Shown: positions 57,203-64,000 of the stretch, one piece after another | Layout of the letters: each line of letters begins with the position of its first letter | Position numbering within the stretch: position 1 is the stretch's first letter | Source: Minisyncoccota bacterium | Lineage (GTDB): Bacteria > Patescibacteriota > Microgenomatia > UBA1400 > PJMF01 | Reading direction: 5' to 3' | Assembly: GCA_012515515.1 (NCBI GenBank) | Contig: JAAYYE010000010.1 | Coordinates: 18,258 to 82,257, forward strand | DNA: 64,000 bases | Made by a program: the position numbers and the translations under genes | Notes under the pieces: generated by a model | Database searches by the model: none | What the model was told of the DNA's origin: nothing | What the model saw: the letters and a program-made list of their open reading frames with translations, nothing else

Positions 57203-57794
57203 ATTCTAGTAAATTAATACTATTTAAATCTCTTTGAGAAATAATTAACTCATCTTTATTAAAAGGCCATTGGATATTTAAATCTGGGTCGAAAACAGAG
57301 ATCGCTTGATCGTCATCTTTATTGCGTTCTTGATAGCTTTGATCCACTCCATAAAGATAATAAACTGGGCCATTAATCGCACAAATGGAATTACCCAATT
57401 TAGCTGAAATATATAAGGATTCGCCAAAATCGCTTTGCTCATTGGCATTAATATTAAAATAAACAAGTTTTTTATAAGTGGGTGAGTCTTGTCTAATATC
57501 AGCAATTACTAATTGAGCTTGGCCACTAAGTACTGTCACCAATTTATTCCAATTTTCCGCATGAATTCCTCGTAACACCTTACTTTTTGAGACTGAGAGA
57601 TTAACTTGTTTAATTTGAAAATCAGGGTTGATTGCTTGACGAATCTGCTTGACTTCCATTGTTTGAGCAAAAAATCCTCTATCATCAATGTTTTTTACAT
57701 ATCTCAAATAAAATAAGCCATCAATTTCTGTCCGATAAATGTTATTGCTCAGCATCATTTTTTCATCTGCTTGATAATATGAAATTTGCTGCAT
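57186..57794 (-). CDS. rmlC: dTDP-4-dehydrorhamnose 3,5-epimerase
   Basis: D.RGFF, Q.N.S.S...VLRGIH, KLV, DIR.DSPT, DP.LNI.WP, IS.RD. Confidence 0.88.
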   Translation of the reverse strand: MQQISYYQADEKMMLSNNIYRTEIDGLFYLRYVKNIDDRGFFAQTMEVKQIRQAINPDFQIKQVNLSVSKSKVLRGIHAENWNKLVTVLSGQAQLVIADIRQDSPTYKKLVYFNINANEQSDFGESLYISAKLGNSICAINGPVYYLYGVDQSYQERNKDDDQAISVFDPDLNIQWPFNKDELIISQRDLNSINLLEYEKKD

Positions 57795-57807
57795 AAGAGT
57801 CCTTGTT

Positions 57808-58008
57808 TTAATTGTCGGCTTCCTTATTTACCATTATTTTGGTGTTTTCGCATGTTTCAAGTTCTGTTTTTAGCTCTAGATGGCTATTTTCTAGAAGTTC
57901 ATATTTGCGTTTTTCATTTTCCAATGCCGACTGAAAATAACCAACTGCCAGTGCTAAAAAGATTAGTAATACAAAAATCAGCCGATTAAATGTTTCTTGT
58001 TTTAACAT
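57808..58008 (-). CDS. Small TM plus coiled-coil protein
   Basis: 66 aa; fills the gap between the LCP gene and rmlC on the same strand. Confidence 0.6.
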   Translation of the reverse strand: MLKQETFNRLIFVLLIFLALAVGYFQSALENEKRKYELLENSHLELKTELETCENTKIMVNKEADN

Positions 58009-58013
58009 TAATA

Positions 58014-59174
58014 TTAGTTTAACTCATTATTCGCCAAGAAATCTTGGAGAGTTTTTTTAAAAATCTCTAAATCGCGAATCTGATAAATCCATTGTCGCTG
58101 AGTTTGCCAGAGCGGAGGATTGTAAATTAAGCCATCGGCGTTTTCAGGATAGACGGGGATTGCAAAGCTAATAAATTTTGGCGCAGCAATTTCTTCATCT
58201 TCATTGTGGATGATTAACCAACTAGTAGCAATTCGGCCCACTTCATTGACGCTTAGCGATTGAGCAAAATGGTTAAGGTAAAAACGATATAATTGGCCAA
58301 ATTTTTCTGGCTCATTAAGTAAAAAATCAAGATTGAGGATTTGCTTTAACAAGGCTTGAAGCACCACTTGCTGTCTGTGACCCCTGGCTAAGTCGTTGCC
58401 TTGATCATCGCCGCTATTTCGACTGCGCATATATTGCATGGCGCGATTGCCATCCATTTTCTCCTGACCCTCTTCAAAAACTATGCTTTCATAAAGAATG
58501 GCAGGATCAGTTTCAATTGAAACATCAACATTTTTTCTGGGAAATAGTGGATCAGTAAAGCCTTCCTCAATAGTAATTTCTACTCCGCCAACTAAGTCGA
58601 TTAGTTCTTCTAAGGCATCTATTTCGATTAATAAGGTGTGATCAATGTCAATCCCAGTTAGTTCACTAATAGCCCGAGCGGGAAAATCAAGAGGCTCGTC
58701 GGGATTATCCTCTAAGCCATAATAATAAAGAGCATTAATGCGTGTTTGATAAGCTGAATGATAAATATCTCTCGGTAGAGCAATCGTTTTAATTTGATTG
58801 TTTTGCAAGTCTAGTTGCAACAAGATCATTGTGTCAGTTAATATAGCGCCATCATCTCTGCCTGCCAGCTGATCAGCACCGAGAATTAGCAGAGTTTTCT
58901 TTTTGATAGCCTGATCTTGATTTTCCAGTAAATGTGCTGAATCTTGTCTGAAGCTTTCAATGGTATTCAAGAGATCTTCTTGACTAATTTCTGCTCCGCG
59001 CAAAAATTGTTCCTGATATTTTTTTGCTCGCCGATAAACAATAAAAGTATTAATACCAGTGATAACGAGGAAGAGAAAAAAGAGAATTAAAATGACTCGC
59101 CAGAACCGACTAGGCTTTTTATATTCAATGCTAAGGGTCAGATCTTCTTGCGCTTCTAAAGATTTATTTTTCAT
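58014..59174 (-). CDS. LCP (LytR-CpsA-Psr) family glycan transferase
   Basis: TM, LILG.D, TDT..L, LPRD, RINA.Y, DLVGGV, Y.RSR...D..R..RQQ. Confidence 0.92.
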   Translation of the reverse strand: MKNKSLEAQEDLTLSIEYKKPSRFWRVILILFFLFLVITGINTFIVYRRAKKYQEQFLRGAEISQEDLLNTIESFRQDSAHLLENQDQAIKKKTLLILGADQLAGRDDGAILTDTMILLQLDLQNNQIKTIALPRDIYHSAYQTRINALYYYGLEDNPDEPLDFPARAISELTGIDIDHTLLIEIDALEELIDLVGGVEITIEEGFTDPLFPRKNVDVSIETDPAILYESIVFEEGQEKMDGNRAMQYMRSRNSGDDQGNDLARGHRQQVVLQALLKQILNLDFLLNEPEKFGQLYRFYLNHFAQSLSVNEVGRIATSWLIIHNEDEEIAAPKFISFAIPVYPENADGLIYNPPLWQTQRQWIYQIRDLEIFKKTLQDFLANNELN

Positions 59175-59260
59175 AACTGTTCACCTAATATTTCTAATCC
59201 AAAGTATACTTTAAAAACAGCTTATTTTCAAAGCTTGAGAAAAGCATTAGAATAAACCTT

Positions 59261-60775
59261 ATGTTAAAGACAAAAGCCGGTAGTTCAGTTGCTCATTCAG
59301 CTCAATCAACAACCGAGGTCGACTTAAAAAAAATTAAGAAGAAATCTTTAAGTGGCATAATTTCTTTTTTTATCAGAACTGTTTTGCTGCAGGTGATTGG
59401 CTTTGTTTCAGCATTAATTCTCAGCGCGTTTTTAGGGCCTGAAGAGTTTGGCATTTATGGAATAGTTACCCAAATAATTGCCTTATTAATTTTTTTCTCT
59501 GATATTGGTTTAGCCTCTTCCTTAATTCAAGAAAAAAAGGAACCAAGTCGGGAAGATTATCAAACAGCCTTTACTGTGCAACAAATTTTGTCCTGGGTTA
59601 TTTGTTTAGTAGTGCTTTTACTAATTCATTTTTCTGTATTTGAACAAAAAATTGGCCAGGATGGAAATTATTTACTATTAGCTTTAGCTGTTTCTTTTCC
59701 TCTTGCTACTCTCAAAACAATTCCTTCAATTATCCTGACGAGAAAATTAGAATTTGATAAATTAGTTTTGCCACAAATTTTTGAACAATTAGTTTTTCAT
59801 GTTGTGCTGATTGTTTTAGCTTGGAGAGGTCATGGAGTAATGTCTTATGCCTATGCCAGCATTGCTCGTAGTTTAATTGGGGTAGTGGTCATGCAACTTA
59901 TTCAGCCCTGGTTTTCTGGCCTAAAAATTCATAAAAAATCCCTCAAAGGTCTGCTAAATTTTGGAGTAAAATTTCAACTTAATGATTTTCTAGCTAGAAT
60001 CAAAGATCAATTATATTTTTTAGTCTTGGGCGCCTATTTGCCACTTGATCAGTTTGGTTATTTGCAGTGGTCAAAAAATTGGTCGATGTATCCATATAAT
60101 CTAACAGTTTCCAATGTGATGTCGATTACTTTTCCCACCTTTTCTCGTTTACAAAATCATCCAGAAGTTTTAAAAAAAGCGATTGAAAAATCAATTTATT
60201 TTATTAGTTTCGCTATTTTTCCTATTTTAGTTGGCATGTCTTTATTTATTCAGCCATTGTTGACGGTTTTTCCACGTTATGCCAAATGGCTGCCAGCCGT
60301 GCCTAGTTTCATTATGTTTACCCTCAGCGTAATCTGGGCAGCTATATCGACACCACTCTTAAATGCGCTCAATGCTATAGGCAAAATTAATCAAACCTTA
60401 AAACTAATGTTGTTTTGGACAGTTCTAACTTGGGTGTTAACGCCGATATTAATTTGGTTCTTTGGTTTCAATGGTGTTGCGCTAGCGGCATTATTAATTT
60501 CTTTAACTTCGATATTGTCGGTAATGTTGATTAAAAAATATGTGTCAGTGACTATTTGGCCGAATGTGAATGCACAAGTTGTAGCTTCTTTAGTTATGAC
60601 AGTGTTTGCTATGGCTGGGATGTCGATTTGGACTCAGTCTTTAACTAAATTATTTTTTGGTTTAGTTCTTAGTGGCTTTAGTTATTTACTAACTTTTTAT
60701 TTCTTATCAGGCAAGCGTTTGTTTAAGGAAATTCAGTCAATTAGAAACAATCTCTCAAAAGATAAATCACAATAA
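59261..60775 (+). CDS. wzx: Oligosaccharide flippase (Wzx family)
   Basis: About 12-14 TM segments; L.PEEFG, DIGL...LIQ, FP.FSRLQ. Confidence 0.88.
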   Translation: MLKTKAGSSVAHSAQSTTEVDLKKIKKKSLSGIISFFIRTVLLQVIGFVSALILSAFLGPEEFGIYGIVTQIIALLIFFSDIGLASSLIQEKKEPSREDYQTAFTVQQILSWVICLVVLLLIHFSVFEQKIGQDGNYLLLALAVSFPLATLKTIPSIILTRKLEFDKLVLPQIFEQLVFHVVLIVLAWRGHGVMSYAYASIARSLIGVVVMQLIQPWFSGLKIHKKSLKGLLNFGVKFQLNDFLARIKDQLYFLVLGAYLPLDQFGYLQWSKNWSMYPYNLTVSNVMSITFPTFSRLQNHPEVLKKAIEKSIYFISFAIFPILVGMSLFIQPLLTVFPRYAKWLPAVPSFIMFTLSVIWAAISTPLLNALNAIGKINQTLKLMLFWTVLTWVLTPILIWFFGFNGVALAALLISLTSILSVMLIKKYVSVTIWPNVNAQVVASLVMTVFAMAGMSIWTQSLTKLFFGLVLSGFSYLLTFYFLSGKRLFKEIQSIRNNLSKDKSQ

Positions 60776-60788
60776 ATTAAAGGATAAG

Positions 60789-61886
60789 TTGAAGAATAAA
60801 TTAAAGGCGCTGTTTAATAAAGAAAATTTATTATTATTTTTTTTCAAAATTTTTATAATTTTTGTTTTAATCTTGTTATTGGCAGAAGTTTTTTTAATTG
60901 ATTTGAGCGGATTTTTTAATGCTAGATTATTTTTATTATTTTTATTAATTTGCTTGCTATTTTTCAGAATTAAAAAAATCAAACTTTTTAATCATCGCTT
61001 TAGTAATTTTTTAGCTTTGATTGCCATCTGTTTAACGGGACTTGTTACGTTTTTAATGCTGCTTGAAAAAAAACATGGCTTTCAATACCTTGAAACAACT
61101 TTTTTTATATCTTATTCTCGAATGATTTATCTAGTTTTGTTCAACACTGCTTTGGCCGCTTATGGACAATCATTTTATTTAAACAAAAGTAAAATGAAAT
61201 TATTTTTATTTTTTCTACCGCTTCTTTTATATCTTTTAGCGCTTTTTGTTTATTTGAGAAACAATCAGTTGTTTAGAATTCTTATTCAAGATGATCACCT
61301 AGTTGAATATTCACAATTTTTTTTATTACTGTTATCGTCGATCACTTGTCTCTTTTTGCAAAAATATTGGTGGAAAAAGGACAAAATATTAGCTATTTTA
61401 TTTTTATTATTAGCAATTGCTTGTTTTTTTGTTGCTGGAGAAGAAATTTCCTGGGGTCAGCGAATTTTCAATATTGAAACACCGCAACAGTTGGCTGAAA
61501 GAAATACCCAAGAAGAATTAACCATTCACAACATCGATGTTCTATTTGGCATGGTTTATCGAGCTTACATGCTGATTGGTTTGGTCGGTAGCACTGCTTG
61601 GTTTTTCCTCAAAATAAGTCGTAAATTTTTATCTAAAAAAACTAAACTTATTTTAAGCAATATTGTTCCAGACTGGTTTTTATCACCCTATTTTGCTGTC
61701 GCCTTTTTTTATAACCTTGACCGAATTTACTTAAATCCAAGAACAGGTGAGGAACTCTGGGAAGAGCCAATGGAATTATTATTAATGTTTGGAATTTATT
61801 TATTTTTATTAATTAAATATTTTCGAGTCAAACAGAGTAAACATACAAAATTCAAAAATTTTCAAAAAAAATTACTAATTGAATAA
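60789..61886 (+). CDS. Polytopic membrane protein
   Basis: Many TM segments; conserved-looking D.LVE and GEEISWGQRIF...P...N.Q.E...HN motifs. Confidence 0.75.
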   Translation: MKNKLKALFNKENLLLFFFKIFIIFVLILLLAEVFLIDLSGFFNARLFLLFLLICLLFFRIKKIKLFNHRFSNFLALIAICLTGLVTFLMLLEKKHGFQYLETTFFISYSRMIYLVLFNTALAAYGQSFYLNKSKMKLFLFFLPLLLYLLALFVYLRNNQLFRILIQDDHLVEYSQFFLLLLSSITCLFLQKYWWKKDKILAILFLLLAIACFFVAGEEISWGQRIFNIETPQQLAERNTQEELTIHNIDVLFGMVYRAYMLIGLVGSTAWFFLKISRKFLSKKTKLILSNIVPDWFLSPYFAVAFFYNLDRIYLNPRTGEELWEEPMELLLMFGIYLFLLIKYFRVKQSKHTKFKNFQKKLLIE

Positions 61887-61933
61887 GTTTCTATTATTTA
61901 AATATTGACGGAACGCTTTTACCTAAATCTAAT

Positions 61934-63841
61934 TTATCGTTCAGCAAAGACGGCAGTTATTTCTAAATTTTTTGTTGGATTAATCAATAAATTCTTTTTT
62001 CTTAAACTTTCTGGGTTTAAATCATCACTTAGCCAGGATACAAAGTTACAAGTTTTACTTGATAAGCCTTCAAGAGCAAGTGGCTTGTTTAATGGGTAAT
62101 CGCCAAGCCAGGGAAAATGATTGGCATCAAGAGTTAAAGAATTAACTTTAACTTCAGCAACACAAGGACCCTGAGTATTAATTTTTATCTCATATAAACC
62201 CGCCAATTCAAAGTATTGGATTAGGTGGTTTTTGACGTAAGCTGGTCGATTGCTGGCAAAATTTTTTAATTTTTCAATATTTTGATACCAAGCTTCTTTA
62301 CTAGTTAACATGCCTTCAGTTTGATCTCCCCAACGCGCAATATGTCGAATAATTTCCTGATCAATGCGAGCACTCAACTCTTCAATCTTTTTGATTACAG
62401 TTTCCTCTTTAAAAGCGCTATTTAGCAAATCAAAATATCTACTGACAAATTTATTTCTAAAATCTGGGTTATCAAATAAATTTTTAAAAACATATTCTTC
62501 TCTATCAAGTTTATAAAACATGTCTAGCGAGAGAGCATCGTCCTTAACCAAGTGGTTCATGTTTTTCGGGCCATCTAGGGCAAAACCATAATCGGTATCA
62601 TAAATCAACCAGCGCCAACGACCATCGAGCGGACTTAGTGTTTCTTCAAAAATGTTATTTTTATATCGCCAAAACTTATAATTAGCGTGTGGCCAATCAT
62701 AGTTGGCATAAAACATTTCGGCAATGTTGTAATCAATAAAATTGTTTACATCAATCTTATTTATTACCTTTTGGTAATTAGAAGTGATTATTAAATAGTT
62801 ATTTCTTACAAAGTTAATTAACTCCGTGTAAGAATCACCATCTTTTTCTTTACCGATTTTAATCTTTGGCAAACCCTTTTTATCTAAATAATTGTGAGTT
62901 ACCGAAACAATAATGTTTTTAGATTCAAGCTTATAATCTGCATAATTTTGGACAAAATAATCTCGATTATATCTTTCTCTAACATTATAAATTCCCCAAT
63001 AATCACCATTTAAAAAAACGACAGCTGGACGACAAGCCTGAGTGCTTAAATCAGTATTATTTAGCAAAAGCTCTTGCATCAAACAATCACGAAATAAGGT
63101 TGAATACCAGTCGTTGCCTGAATTACTTATCTTTAAACTGTCAAAAATCTTTCTTTCTCGATCGGGAAAGATTTGATAGTTGATTTGATTGTTTGGCTCT
63201 GAGTCAGCAAAATAAAGGTTAAAAGATTTTTGGGGAAAATAAGCGCTTGAACCTCCTGAAATTTTTATATTTATTGACCTAGAAAATATTTCTTGATTAT
63301 TTTCAAAATAGCTTAAATGAGCTGGTCTTTTCCAGGAATCATCTTGTTTGGTGAAATTGGCAATATTGGGATCATTACCCACAACATAAATGCCAATCTC
63401 ATTATCCCAAAGATTAGGTGGATTAGTGTTGATAGCAAGAATTGGCAGATCGCTGCTAAAATTTATAAAATAATTTTTATGAACCACACTGCTCAATTGT
63501 TTATTATTTTTGAAAAGAGCGGCTTTGATTATAGTATTGTTCTTAACAAGTAATCCCTTAGCGCTTTCATACAAATGTGATTGAGGGGTCGGTGTGGAAC
63601 CGTCAAGAGTATAAAAAATTTGAGCATTTTTAATGGGAGAAATTATCTCAAGCTGAATTTCCTCATCTGAAAAATTATTGCTGGGTGTAAAAAATAAGTT
63701 TTGTTTTAATATTCTAATTTTAAAAAAAGTGCTTTGAGAAAAAACTAAAAATATTAATACAATGATTAAAAAGGGGGCAATATTTTTCAGCCAATTTTTT
63801 GAATGCAATGGTTTTTTATTTTTTTTGTTTTTAATTATCAT
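61934..63841 (-). CDS. CotH-family kinase with N-terminal chitobiase/FN3-associated domain
   Basis: IFYTLDGSTP; G..S...PQKS; LNG.YWG.Y..RE; N.DWP..N; WRW..YD.D.GF; N-terminal TM. Confidence 0.85.
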   Translation of the reverse strand: MIIKNKKNKKPLHSKNWLKNIAPFLIIVLIFLVFSQSTFFKIRILKQNLFFTPSNNFSDEEIQLEIISPIKNAQIFYTLDGSTPTPQSHLYESAKGLLVKNNTIIKAALFKNNKQLSSVVHKNYFINFSSDLPILAINTNPPNLWDNEIGIYVVGNDPNIANFTKQDDSWKRPAHLSYFENNQEIFSRSINIKISGGSSAYFPQKSFNLYFADSEPNNQINYQIFPDRERKIFDSLKISNSGNDWYSTLFRDCLMQELLLNNTDLSTQACRPAVVFLNGDYWGIYNVRERYNRDYFVQNYADYKLESKNIIVSVTHNYLDKKGLPKIKIGKEKDGDSYTELINFVRNNYLIITSNYQKVINKIDVNNFIDYNIAEMFYANYDWPHANYKFWRYKNNIFEETLSPLDGRWRWLIYDTDYGFALDGPKNMNHLVKDDALSLDMFYKLDREEYVFKNLFDNPDFRNKFVSRYFDLLNSAFKEETVIKKIEELSARIDQEIIRHIARWGDQTEGMLTSKEAWYQNIEKLKNFASNRPAYVKNHLIQYFELAGLYEIKINTQGPCVAEVKVNSLTLDANHFPWLGDYPLNKPLALEGLSSKTCNFVSWLSDDLNPESLRKKNLLINPTKNLEITAVFAER

Positions 63842-63876
63842 TTAAATTTACTAGGGTTTATGTTTTGCCAAATAGT

Positions 63877-63999
63877 TTATTCAAGTTGAATACCAATTTT
63901 TCCATGTTCTGAAAATAAATTATTATTTTCGTTGGCTGGATAAACAATTTTTATGCTTTTACCATTTTCTTTTTTAGTAATAGCGGGTTCAATCAAATA
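63877..63999 (-). CDS. 3' end of a gene entering from beyond the window
   Basis: 40 open codons (YLIEPAITKK...GIQLE) ending in TAA at 63877-63879. Confidence 0.55.
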   Translation of the reverse strand, partial: YLIEPAITKKENGKSIKIVYPANENNNLFSEHGKIGIQLE

Positions 64000-64000
64000 T

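Noticed and set aside
792-63553. Short ORFs nested in or antisense to long genes (e.g. 792-986, 2281-2529, 17936-18298, 26910-27218, 30858-31199, 49272-49547, 60767-60982, 63317-63553)
   Set aside because: They are shadows of well-supported CDSs and carry no recognisable motifs.
1-64000. CRISPR array, rRNA, IS element, prophage, or recoded TGA (genetic code 25)
   Set aside because: No spaced repeats, rRNA-like tracts, transposase or phage structural genes were seen. Conserved genes are full length under code 11, and TGA ends rmuC.

Overview
An AT-rich, gene-dense 64-kb chromosomal segment using the standard genetic code (TGA is a stop). Gene content and style point to a CPR/Patescibacteria genome, most likely Microgenomates; this is an inference from the protein families present, the absence of outer-membrane genes and rare Shine-Dalgarno sites. 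It carries housekeeping genes (rmuC, aspS, gltX, ybeY, dnaX, ybaB, rdgB, frr, rseP, secDF, cca, recJ, prmC, xth, trmD), two tRNAs (Glu-CTC, Gln-CTG) and a MacAB-type ABC exporter. It also has a fermentation operon (pflB-pflA-ADP-forming acetate-CoA ligase-coaD/coaE fusion), a TasA/SipW-signal fibre-like operon, and a roughly 19-kb surface glycosylation region (three GT-C enzymes, two polyprenol-phosphate sugar synthases, gmd/rmd, ugd, rmlBCD, LCP, Wzx, CotH kinase). No CRISPR array, rRNA, intact IS or prophage was seen. The best leads are: (1) an A10 run in dnaX with stops immediately after it in both shifted frames, a candidate tau/gamma slippage site; (2) the TasA-like fibre operon; (3) the PFL/ACD/CoaDE operon; (4) a membrane pseudo-histidine-kinase, a sensorless kinase and a response regulator around tRNA-Gln; (5) a 20-bp bidirectional leaderless promoter between cca and recJ, within a wider pattern of leaderless starts. 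All calls come from reading motifs by eye; no database searches were run.
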